Source: a virus
Reading direction: 5' to 3' (one strand)
IMG/VR virus record: IMGVR_UViG_3300023110_001943
Location: 77,497 to 141,496 of that record
Length of the DNA: 64,000 nucleotides
A program made the translations under genes and the position numbers. Shown here piece after piece: positions 41,411 to 51,300 of the stretch. Position 1 is the stretch's first letter, and each line of letters starts with the position of its first letter. Below the pieces are notes generated by a model. The model was not told where the DNA came from and ran no database searches. It was given only the letters and a program-made list of their open reading frames with translations.

Positions 41411-42038
41411 AAATTTAAATTATCACGAAGATAGATGGTCAGAAGGCAATTATTCAAAAGAGGATTTAATCAATTTTGAAGATGATATCATTTCTCATTG
41501 GGAAAATGGAGAAATTACAGGTCCTATACATTTATCAAATGGAAACGAAGAACAACTAATAGAAATATTCAAAAAAATATCTCCAACTGATTGGGTATTT
41601 TCAACTTGGAGGTCTCACTATCATGCACTTTTACATGGTGTGGAAAAAGATAAACTAAAACAAAAAATTCTTGATGGTAAATCAATCACAATTGTAGATA
41701 AAGATTCCAAATTCTATGCATCTGCAATTGTAACTGGTACTTTACCTATTGCATTGGGAGTTGCTAAATCAATTAAGTACAATGGTGGTGATGATAAAGT
41801 TTGGGTATTTTTGGGTGATATGGCATTTGAAAGTGGAATCTTTTATGAAGTTCACAAATATGCAAGAAACTATGATTTGCCACTTCACTTTGTGGTAGAA
41901 GATAATGGTGTATCTACAAATACACCAACATTGGATACATGGAATGGGATTCAGAGAGATGTACCAGAAGATGTGATATATTATAAATACGAATCTAAGT
42001 ACCCACATTATGGAACGGGAAAATGGGTAGTATTTTAA
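41394..42038 (+). CDS. TPP-dependent E1-alpha-like (transketolase N-type) subunit
   Basis: 'IHLSNGNE', 'WRSHYHAL', 'LPIALGVA', TPP motif 'GDMAFESG...VVEDN'. Confidence 0.85.
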   Translation: MQMEIKNLNYHEDRWSEGNYSKEDLINFEDDIISHWENGEITGPIHLSNGNEEQLIEIFKKISPTDWVFSTWRSHYHALLHGVEKDKLKQKILDGKSITIVDKDSKFYASAIVTGTLPIALGVAKSIKYNGGDDKVWVFLGDMAFESGIFYEVHKYARNYDLPLHFVVEDNGVSTNTPTLDTWNGIQRDVPEDVIYYKYESKYPHYGTGKWVVF

Positions 42039-43264
42039 ATTTTATTAAGTTACCAAATACCAAATATAATGGTGAGGGGTTAGTTCATAAAAAAGATGAT
42101 AATGTTCCATTGTTTCATTTATCTATTTTTGAAAATTGGCTAACAGGCACCTCATATCAAATTAGTAATGAGTATCAAAAAGGTAAAAAAAACATTTTTT
42201 ATATTGAATGTTTTGAAGGATTAAAAAATTTTTATATAAAAGATGATTATACAAAGAAAACTATTTTAGATACACTACCAAACTCGTTATTAAAAAAAAT
42301 ACAAGAAGGTAAGTGTAAAATCCTTCTAACATCGCTTTCAGAATCGATTACATTTGATTACGAAATAATAGATAATATTGAAAAAGAACTAAAAAGATTT
42401 GATATTAAAAATGAATCTTTAATCTGCATGGAATCAAACTTTAGATATACACAAGAAAAAACAAAATTTCGATTTTTTGGTTCAAATCACTATTTTATAC
42501 ATTCTGCAGAAACATTTAATTTATTAGATGGTGGAATTACTGATTTGGGTTACCCAATCTCAGTACCAAATATATCAGAATGTAAAAATACAAAAAGAAA
42601 TAAACATTTTTTGTGTTTTATGAGAAACACACAACGATTTCACAGACATTGGTTGTTGTTATATTTAAGACATGAAAACTTATTAGATAAATTTATATTA
42701 TCCGCAATAAGAAAAATAGATAAACAATATAGTATAGATACACAAGGTAGTAAACTATCTCATTTAACAAAATATGTAGATGAGATGAATGAAAAAATTC
42801 CAATTGAGATTGATACACATGATTTTCAAAATAAAATGGGATTTTCTACTCTAAATTGCTACAGAAAAAAAGAATATTTAGATTCTTATATTCATATTGT
42901 AACTGAAACTTCATTTGAAGATGATATATTATTTTTTACTGAAAAGATTTCAAAACCAATAATTGGATTACAGCCATTTATTGTTTTTTCCAATAAAGGA
43001 TTTTTAAAACAATTAAAAGAATTTGGTTTTAAAACTTTTGATAAAATTATAGATGAATCTTATGATGAAGAAGAAGATAATGTTGAGAGATTTTTAAAAA
43101 TTACAAATGAAATTAAAAAATTATCTTCATTATCATTAGATGAGTTACATGAATTATACATTTCTGTTTTAGATATATGTATATATAACAGAAACCATCT
43201 TAAAAAAATATACAAAGAAGATATGATGGATAAAAATATTAAGGTTATAGAAAATGAGTGGTAA
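42023..43264 (+). CDS. Putative GT-B glycosyltransferase (VTET/TEK/GFKTF family), copy 2
   Basis: 'FLCFMR..R.HR', 'YLDSYIHIVTET..FFTEK..KP..GFKTFDKIIDESYD'. Confidence 0.55.
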   Translation: MGSILNFIKLPNTKYNGEGLVHKKDDNVPLFHLSIFENWLTGTSYQISNEYQKGKKNIFYIECFEGLKNFYIKDDYTKKTILDTLPNSLLKKIQEGKCKILLTSLSESITFDYEIIDNIEKELKRFDIKNESLICMESNFRYTQEKTKFRFFGSNHYFIHSAETFNLLDGGITDLGYPISVPNISECKNTKRNKHFLCFMRNTQRFHRHWLLLYLRHENLLDKFILSAIRKIDKQYSIDTQGSKLSHLTKYVDEMNEKIPIEIDTHDFQNKMGFSTLNCYRKKEYLDSYIHIVTETSFEDDILFFTEKISKPIIGLQPFIVFSNKGFLKQLKEFGFKTFDKIIDESYDEEEDNVERFLKITNEIKKLSSLSLDELHELYISVLDICIYNRNHLKKIYKEDMMDKNIKVIENEW

Positions 43265-44192
43265 AACAATATTAGTAACAGGTTGTAGTGGTTTAGTTGG
43301 AACTCACTTGGTAAACAAACTTCTACAAAAAGAATACATAGTGGTTGGTGTAGATATTAAAGAATCTACAAACTTACCACAAAATGAAAATTTTACATTT
43401 TTAAACTTAGATTTAAGAGATGTTGAAACGGTTGAAGCTCTTTTTCAAGAATTTGACTTTTATGGAGTTGTAAATGCATTTGGAATCAAAGGTTCACCAA
43501 TCAGAGCAAAAGAAAGACCATTGGATTTTCTTGAACCATCTATAAAAGTTAATACAAATATTATAGAAAACTCTCACAAACACAATTGTTGGTTAGTATT
43601 TATGAGTTCGGTTGGCGTTTATGAACCAGCAGAAGAATTTGTAGAAGATACAGTATGGAAAACACTTCCATCACCAAACGATTGGTTTCCATCGTGGAGT
43701 AAAAGAATACCAGAAATTTATTTGGAGGCATATAAAGTACAACACAATTGGGAAGATTGGACAATCGTAAGACCAGCAAATATTTTTGGTGAATATGATA
43801 ACTTCGGTGAAGGTGCAACTGTAATCGGAGCAACTTGTAGAAAGGTTTATGAATCCGATGGTGAGATTGAAGCATGGGGAGATGGAACACCAACAAGAGA
43901 TTTCATATACGCTGGAGATGTTGCAGATGGTTGTATCAAATGTTTAGAAGATAAATTACATATAACAACTAACTTAGGTAGTGGTGAAGAAATATCAATC
44001 AAAAGAATGATTGAAACTGTTGCTAAGGTTAGTGGTAAAGAAATAAAAATAAATTGGGATACTTCCAAACCCAATGGTGATATGAGAAGAAGAATGAGTA
44101 CTAAGATACAAGAACAATTCGGATTATTACCAAAACTTGGATTCGAAGAAGGTATAAAAGAAACATACAAATATTATGAACAAAACAGATAA
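43254..44192 (+). CDS. GDP-fucose-synthase-like extended SDR (catalytic Tyr absent)
   Basis: 'TGCSGLVG', 'RPANIFG', 'WGDGTPTRDFIY', 'WDTSKPNG'; PSWSK replaces YxxxK. Confidence 0.8.
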   Translation: MSGKTILVTGCSGLVGTHLVNKLLQKEYIVVGVDIKESTNLPQNENFTFLNLDLRDVETVEALFQEFDFYGVVNAFGIKGSPIRAKERPLDFLEPSIKVNTNIIENSHKHNCWLVFMSSVGVYEPAEEFVEDTVWKTLPSPNDWFPSWSKRIPEIYLEAYKVQHNWEDWTIVRPANIFGEYDNFGEGATVIGATCRKVYESDGEIEAWGDGTPTRDFIYAGDVADGCIKCLEDKLHITTNLGSGEEISIKRMIETVAKVSGKEIKINWDTSKPNGDMRRRMSTKIQEQFGLLPKLGFEEGIKETYKYYEQNR

Positions 44193-45168
44193 AATTTTAG
44201 TTACAGGTGCAAGTGGATTTATTGGTTCACGATTAATCAAGATGTTATACGAAAATGGGTACACCAACCTTAGAGCAACATCTTGGAGTAGAGATTTAAG
44301 AAACGATTTCGAAGGATGTGAAAATGTTGAGTTTTTAAAAGGAGATTTAAGAACTGCAGAATTTTGTGAAGAAGTATCAAAGGATGTAGATGTTGTATTT
44401 CATGCAGCAGCAAATACTTCAAATGCTTTAGATACAAAAGTGAATCCACTTCTTCATGTTACTCCTAATGTTGAAATGAATACAAACCTTATGGAACAAA
44501 GTTGGAGAAACAAAGTTCGTAAGTTTATGTTTATTTCTTCTAATACAACATATCCAGATGTTGGTGAAGAGTATTGCACAGAAGATATGAATGTACAAAC
44601 ACCAAACATCTATCCTGTTTACAAAGCAGTGGGTTGGATGAAGAGATATGGAGAAACTCTTTGTGAGTTCTTTTCAAATCAAATCCATGACCCAATGCAA
44701 TGTGTAATTATCAGACCATCTAACTCGTTTGGACCAAATGATAAGTACGATTTTGAAAAGTGTCATGTAACACCTGCGAATATCAGAAAAGTTGCAGATA
44801 ATTTAAATCCAATTCCACTTTGGGGCGATGGTACTGAGGTAAGAGATATCATCCATGTTGATGATATGGTTAGTGGATTTATCACAGTTGCAGAAAATGT
44901 GGATACCTATGATATCTACAATGTATGTTTTGGTAAAGGATATACTGTAATGGAAGTGTTAGAACTTATCAAAGAGATTGAGGGGAACGACAATCCAATT
45001 GAGTTTGTTAACAATAAAGCACCGATGATTCCAAAGAGATTATTATCAAATGAAAAATTATTAAAACTTGGTTGGAAACCAAAATACGATTTAAGAAGTG
45101 GATTAGAAGATGCACTTCGTTGGTATAAAGAAAACAAAGACCAGTTTGACCCAAATTCAAGACCGTAA
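44176..45168 (+). CDS. GDP-fucose-synthase-like extended SDR (catalytic Tyr absent)
   Basis: 'TGASGFIG', 'RPSNSFGPND', 'WGDGTEVRDIIHVDD'; VGWMK replaces YxxxK. Confidence 0.8.
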   Translation: MNKTDKILVTGASGFIGSRLIKMLYENGYTNLRATSWSRDLRNDFEGCENVEFLKGDLRTAEFCEEVSKDVDVVFHAAANTSNALDTKVNPLLHVTPNVEMNTNLMEQSWRNKVRKFMFISSNTTYPDVGEEYCTEDMNVQTPNIYPVYKAVGWMKRYGETLCEFFSNQIHDPMQCVIIRPSNSFGPNDKYDFEKCHVTPANIRKVADNLNPIPLWGDGTEVRDIIHVDDMVSGFITVAENVDTYDIYNVCFGKGYTVMEVLELIKEIEGNDNPIEFVNNKAPMIPKRLLSNEKLLKLGWKPKYDLRSGLEDALRWYKENKDQFDPNSRP

Positions 45169-46307
45169 TGATTTCAACAATGATATTTGCAGGTTGTTCT
45201 TATACATGGGGACAAAGTTTGCATTTATATGGTGGTTTTAATGATGATAAACATCCTCGTGATGGGTTTTTCTATGACAAATTATTATTACCACATCATT
45301 ATCAATATAATGTAGATAATAGATTTGCAACAAAAGTTGCTGATTACTTTGGAAGAAAACCAATCGTGGCTGCTAGGAATGGAAATTCAAATCCATTAAT
45401 GGTTACATGGATTTATCAAAAGTTAAAAGAAAATCCAAACACCGATTGTATTATAGTTCAGAGTACAAGTTTTGCAAGAGGATATAATCAACTTGGAGAT
45501 GATAACAAACAAATAGATGAATTTAATAAATTAATTAAGTTTGTAGAAGAAAAAGATATCTTAATAAGATTTATTCACATGGATTTGGGAGGTGAGCATT
45601 CTACATTAGAACTTTCAGAAGAAATTAAAAGTAGAACTATTTTATATGATAATAAATTGGATTTTTATCATACTATGTTAGTAGTAAACGAAAAAAGAGA
45701 TTATAGAACAATTGGTGCGGATTTCTCAAATAGTGATACACATTTTAATCTTAAGGGTCATGAGTATTTAACAAAAATTATTATTGAAGAATTAGAAAAA
45801 AGTAATTACGAAAATGTTAAAAAAATAGAATTACCAAAGTTAGTAAAAAATAAAATTTTTAATAAGAATGATTTTGATTCATTATTGGATGTTGTAAAAC
45901 ATAATGATAAAAAACAATATTTACTATATTCTGTTGATAAAAATAATGTTGCTTATGATGAAGATTTGACTGATACTAATTTAATTGATGATGTAATCAA
46001 AAAATTACAAAATTTTAAATTATTAAATATTTGGTTAATGAAATATCCACCAAATTATAGTTTAGGATACCATCAAGATTCGACACACGATTCAAACAGA
46101 TATGTTTATGAAATACAGCCATCAGATAATTCATTTTTTGAATTTTTTAACTATAATAAAATATCTAAAATAGAAAATATTAATGATGATATATTATACA
46201 TAGGTAATACTTTTCATGATTTTAAAAATAATAGCAAAACAAATACAAGAATATCTGTGGTATTCGATACAAAACTAAAAATTAATAAAATAACAGATAT
46301 ATTATGA
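45168..46307 (+). CDS. SGNH-like domain fused to a putative 2OG-Fe(II)/cupin oxygenase domain
   Basis: N-terminal 'FAGCSYTWG', 'GNSN', 'DTHFN..GH'; C-terminal 'YHQD...FHDFKN..TRISVVFD'. Confidence 0.55.
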   Translation: MISTMIFAGCSYTWGQSLHLYGGFNDDKHPRDGFFYDKLLLPHHYQYNVDNRFATKVADYFGRKPIVAARNGNSNPLMVTWIYQKLKENPNTDCIIVQSTSFARGYNQLGDDNKQIDEFNKLIKFVEEKDILIRFIHMDLGGEHSTLELSEEIKSRTILYDNKLDFYHTMLVVNEKRDYRTIGADFSNSDTHFNLKGHEYLTKIIIEELEKSNYENVKKIELPKLVKNKIFNKNDFDSLLDVVKHNDKKQYLLYSVDKNNVAYDEDLTDTNLIDDVIKKLQNFKLLNIWLMKYPPNYSLGYHQDSTHDSNRYVYEIQPSDNSFFEFFNYNKISKIENINDDILYIGNTFHDFKNNSKTNTRISVVFDTKLKINKITDIL

Positions 46308-46852
46308 GTAAACCAGAATTTACACCATATGTAGATGCACTTACAGAAGCTATGAAACTTTGTATGGGCAATCCATCTACAATTTTTATTGGCCAACAGA
46401 TTGTGTATTACGGAAACCCAATGTCAAAAACCATTGAAGGTTTACCAAAAGATAGAATGATTGAAACTCCAGTAATGGAAGAAACTCAAATGGGAATGAC
46501 AATGGGTCTTGCAATGACAGGACACCAAGTTGTTACTTTCTACCCAAGATGGGATTTTCTTATTCTTGCAGCAAACCAACTTATTAATCACTTGGATAAG
46601 TTAGAAGCGATGTCTGATGGTGAGTGGAAACCAAACGTAATTGTAAGAGTTGGTAAAGGTTCTGATAAACCATTAGACCCTGGCCATCAACACAAAGCAA
46701 ACTATACAGAACCATTCAAACAAATGTTAACAAATGTTACCATTCAAGATTTAAAATCATCAGAACAAATATTGCCTGCTTACAAAACAGCTTTATCTAA
46801 AGGTGGAATACATATATTAGTAGAATATCCTGAATTGTATTATGCAAGTTGA
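46304..46852 (+). CDS. TPP-dependent E1-beta-like subunit (pyrimidine-binding domain only)
   Basis: 'Y.DAL.EAM', 'IETPVMEETQMGM..GLAM.G', 'DFLILAANQLIN', 'GHQH'. Confidence 0.85.
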   Translation: MSKPEFTPYVDALTEAMKLCMGNPSTIFIGQQIVYYGNPMSKTIEGLPKDRMIETPVMEETQMGMTMGLAMTGHQVVTFYPRWDFLILAANQLINHLDKLEAMSDGEWKPNVIVRVGKGSDKPLDPGHQHKANYTEPFKQMLTNVTIQDLKSSEQILPAYKTALSKGGIHILVEYPELYYAS

Positions 46853-48248
46853 AAAAATAAAAAATCTGAATATAATTTATGATTTTAGAGGACCAAATGA
46901 CTGGATTCCTAATGCATTAAATTACTATTATTCACAAAAATACTTTGAAAAAGATTTCGTATCAGATTTTGAATTACAAAATCATTTTTTTAAAAATTTT
47001 GTACAACCATCTGTATTTAATGTATTTTTAAATTCAGACCATTTATTGTTTAATAAATTAACAATACATGATTACTTAAATAATACAAGATATAAAAATG
47101 ATGTGTGTTTTTATCTCGTAGAGCCATTTGGTAATTTTAATCATTTTTTAGGAAAACAATTTGGAGGATTTTCAGAAAGTTGTTTTATAGATTTTATTTC
47201 GAAAGATAGTTTAAATAACATTAAAACAAATGATAATTTTTATCTTATTATAAACTATGGCACTGAGGGAGTATTTCCTATTGATTTTTTCTCTAATTTG
47301 TATGAAGTATTAGAAAAATATGAAATACCAGAAAATAAAGTAATTTTATTATCATCCGCAGTTGATATTGAAACATTACATAAAAAAGTAAGAAACCATA
47401 ATCCGAAAAAAGTAAAAATGGTTTACTGGCCATGGTCTTTACGATTTAAATCAAAAGAATTAAAAGAGATTTATGATGGGGTTGATTATAAATTTTGGGA
47501 TGATATCGACCAACAAAATAGTATTGTTAAATCTGAAGATTTAGATTCAAAAATTCGTAAAACAAAGTTTTTATTGATGAATAGAAGATTAAGACCTCAA
47601 CGAATGATTTTGTTATGTTTGTTAGGTTTAGATTTTATAAAAGAAAACTTGGTTTCTTATGATATAAGTTTATTTGATAGAGAAAATGATTTATCATTTT
47701 ACTTACATCATGCAGGTGATGTTATAGGTGAGGAACTTTACGAAAAATCGTTTGATATTATAAACAATAAAAAAGAAACTATTGATTATGATGATATAAA
47801 TTCTGTTTGGGGATTTAATTTTGAAAACAAACAACCTTACTTAGATTCATATATTAATATTTGTACCGAAACAAATTTTTATGAAGATGGTTTATACCTT
47901 TCAGAAAAAACTTGGAAACCAATAGGACATTTACAACCATTTATACAAGTTAATAAAGCTGGTGCATTACAAGAATTACGAAATATAGGTTTTAAAACAT
48001 TTTCACCTTTTATAAATGAAGAGTATGATAATGAACATAATGATGCGTTAAGAATAAAAATGATTTCTGATGAAATACTAAGATTAAATTCGTTATCAAC
48101 TGAAGAAATACATAATTGGTATGATTCAATTAAAGATATACTTATACATAATCAATCTTTACTTTTTAAATATGCTGAAAGTAAACAAGATACTGAAAGA
48201 GAATTTATAACAAACTTAAAAAATTATGTGGTTGATAAAAAAAATTAA
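46842..48248 (+). CDS. Putative GT-B glycosyltransferase (VTET/TEK/GFKTF family), copy 3
   Basis: 'FLLMNRR.RPQR', 'YLDSYINICTET..LSEKTWKP..QPFI..GFKTF..INEEYD'. Confidence 0.55.
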   Translation: MQVEKIKNLNIIYDFRGPNDWIPNALNYYYSQKYFEKDFVSDFELQNHFFKNFVQPSVFNVFLNSDHLLFNKLTIHDYLNNTRYKNDVCFYLVEPFGNFNHFLGKQFGGFSESCFIDFISKDSLNNIKTNDNFYLIINYGTEGVFPIDFFSNLYEVLEKYEIPENKVILLSSAVDIETLHKKVRNHNPKKVKMVYWPWSLRFKSKELKEIYDGVDYKFWDDIDQQNSIVKSEDLDSKIRKTKFLLMNRRLRPQRMILLCLLGLDFIKENLVSYDISLFDRENDLSFYLHHAGDVIGEELYEKSFDIINNKKETIDYDDINSVWGFNFENKQPYLDSYINICTETNFYEDGLYLSEKTWKPIGHLQPFIQVNKAGALQELRNIGFKTFSPFINEEYDNEHNDALRIKMISDEILRLNSLSTEEIHNWYDSIKDILIHNQSLLFKYAESKQDTEREFITNLKNYVVDKKN

Positions 48249-48342
48249 AGAATACTTAAAAAAAAGAAAGTTAAATAAGCAATATAAAAAAAGATTAGAA
48301 GAACTTCGTAAAAGAGACCCTTTCATTTATAAGAATCACTAA
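48226..48342 (+). CDS. Small basic protein (38 aa, not in ORF track)
   Basis: MWLIKKIKEYLKKRKLNKQYKKRLEELRKRDPFIYKNH fills the gap before the next promoter motif. Confidence 0.55.
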   Translation: MWLIKKIKEYLKKRKLNKQYKKRLEELRKRDPFIYKNH

Positions 48343-48356
48343 TCTTTAAACATATT

Positions 48357-48366
48357 ATATTTATAT
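48357..48366 (+). promoter_or_regulatory. ATATTTATAT putative late promoter
   Basis: Intergenic, 14-20 nt before the start of the 1754-aa gene. Confidence 0.6.
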
Positions 48367-48380
48367 ACTGATAAGGTATA

Positions 48381-51300
48381 TTGAATATGAATGAACTTTC
48401 ACAATATCTCGTAGAGCAAATGCTCTTAGAGGATGAAAATCCTATTAAAAAGGTCGTAGTAATTTATGGTGGTAGATTTCAACCATTCCATAAAGGACAC
48501 TATGGCACATACCAACACCTTGTCAAAAAATTCGGTAAGAATAATGTTTTTATCAGTACTTCCAACAAAGTAGAAAAACCCAAATCACCTTTTAACTTCA
48601 AAGAGAAGGTGAAAATCATGACTACGATGTTCAATATACCTAAATCAAAAATAGTACAGGTAAGAAACAATTATGCACCGAAAGAAATCCTCGATAAATA
48701 CGATAAAGAAACAACTGCCTTCGTAACCGTTGTTGGTGAGAAAGATTCTGGTAGATTAGGTGGAAAGTATTTTAGACCATGGAAAGGAAAGGCCGAAATT
48801 GGTTATGAAGAGGGTGGATATGTTTATGCTTCACCATCACAAGGTAGGGGTATAAGTGGAACTGAAACTCGTAATGGGTTATCAGTTGGTTCGGATGAAC
48901 AAAAACAAAACTTCTTTAAGAATCGTGCATATGGAAAGTTCAATATGACGATTTTCAAAATGATTACTGATAAACTTAATGAAGGAATTGAGATTCCTAA
49001 AGAAGTAATTGAAGAATGGCTCATCAATGAGAGTTCTAACTTAGGTGGGAACGCTGGAAGTGATGTTGATGATGGGCCAAGCTTCTTTTTTCCAAATTAC
49101 GATGTGTTTTCAAAGGTAAATATAGATAGAGCTAAGAAAATAGGTTGGGAAGTTCTTAATATGATTACCACACAAGAAATCGAAGATTATTATGACCACC
49201 CAAACTATCCAAATGGACCTGTTAAGGCAACTTCATTCTTTCCAGCAGGTATTATTGGTAATATGACTCCCAACAACCAGATAGATATTTACTCAAGTGG
49301 TGCATACTCACAATGGTTTAAACATGCAACCCGTAAGGCAACTTTAGCTGGATATGAATTAGTAAAATCAATTTCTGCAAAAGCTGATATTTCTCAAGAT
49401 AAAAATCAATCTGGTAATTTAGCAAAAGGTGATAAAGAATTGAAAGATGAATTTGAAAATTCTTTAAACGAAAATATTGTATTACCTGTTAAGGTTGGTG
49501 ATACTATCCTAACGGGTAGATTTAAAAATAAAAAAGTAACTGTAAAAACAATTGGTAAAGATGAACATGGAATGCCAACTATCAATGGTAAAAAGGTAGT
49601 AACCTTTAGATTGATGAAAGAAGGTTTCCAAGCAATATTTGAAGATGAAAAAGAAGATGAGAAATATACCCATGTAGGTAATGGTAACTATAAACTAAAA
49701 GGTAAAGAAGGTGAAGATGACCCAACTTTCAAAAAAGATGATAGTGGAAAATATATTGAGTTAGATAAAGATGGTAAAACTAAACCACAGCCAAAACAAG
49801 GTACATCTTTAAAACAAGGTGGGTATGACAATAAAGTAAAAAAAGAAAAAGAGATTCAAAAAAAGATTAGTGGAGATACTTCAAATGAAAAACCACAACC
49901 CAAAGAAGAACCAAAATCAAAAGTAACAACTTTACAAGGAAAAAAGTCTGGTAAAGAAATTCAAAATCTTGGTTTAGATGGTGGTGGTAAAGTATATGGA
50001 ACGGAGCACGGAGAAACCGCAATGGTTGATGATATCCTTGATGATGTTAAAAAGAACATACCAAAAGAAAGATGGAAAGATATTGTATTCGTAGGTGAAG
50101 GTGGTGCAACTGGAGATAATGGTGAATTAGAATTCAATGATGAAATGGATTATGCTGTTCCTAAATTCAAAGAATTGGGTGCAGGTATTGATACATGGGA
50201 TGGTGATGAAATGGATGTTCATAATGACCAATCCAAATTGTATAAAAGACAAATGGAAAAAACTGGTCTTAATCAATCACAAGTTAATGCAGGTAATTGG
50301 GCAAGTATGATTGGACAGGGTGAAGGAACTGATACCATGAGTCCTGATGATTTTTTAGATGATGAAGGAAAAGAATACATACAATCTGCAGCAAAAGAGG
50401 CAGGATTTCCTCCAATAGAAAATTGGGAGAATCCAACAGGTGAAACCCCAAGTGATGAAAATGATTGGAAAGGAAGTGGCGATAAAGGAACATTATATCG
50501 TTTAGCATTTCCAGAAGATAACAAAGATAAACAAACAAAGATAGGTGATATTCAAGATGCATTTAATGAAACAAGAGATGAACACCTTATTAAAAAAAGT
50601 AAAGAATTATCTTCTCAAGGAAAAATACCAATTGTCATAGCAGGTGAATCTCATGTAGGGTTGGTTGATAAAATGATGAAGAATGAATCTATTGGTTTAA
50701 GAGAATCTATTGCTGGAACAGAAGTTAAGTGTGAGAAATGTAATCACTCTTGGGAAATAGAATCAGAAGATACTGAAAAATACTTATGTCATTCTTGTGG
50801 TTGGGATTCACAAAAACAAGAATATGATTTTGATGCATTTGATTCTTGGCAAGAAAAAATGGGATTATCTGAAGATGTAGATATAGATGAAAGAAGTAAA
50901 GGAAAGTTAAGACCAGCAGATTTACTAAGAAGAAAGGCTAAAATGGCTGGTAAACGAGCACAGATTCAACGAAGAAGAGCTCGTACCATGAAAAGAAGAA
51001 AATCTATTGATAAACTTAAAAAGATTGCATACAAAAAAGCATACTTAGAAGTTTACAAAGAATTTATGGAAGATTTGTTTCCTGGTAAAACAAAAGCAGA
51101 ATTAACTATTCAACAGGCAAAGGTAGTTCATAAAAATGTACTTAGAAAAAAGAAAAGAGTTTTAAAAAGAGCAAGATTTAAGTTCTTACCTAAACTTAGA
51201 GATGCAGAAGTAGATAAATTTGATAACAAATCAAACATTTCATTTAATAAACCAAAAGAAACAAATGAAATGTCTAAATCTACTCTTAATAAGATTGAAA

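Noticed and set aside
41394-46852. Pyruvate dehydrogenase as an auxiliary metabolic gene
   Set aside because: Subunits are truncated, E2/E3 are absent from the window, and the context is nucleotide-sugar biosynthesis.
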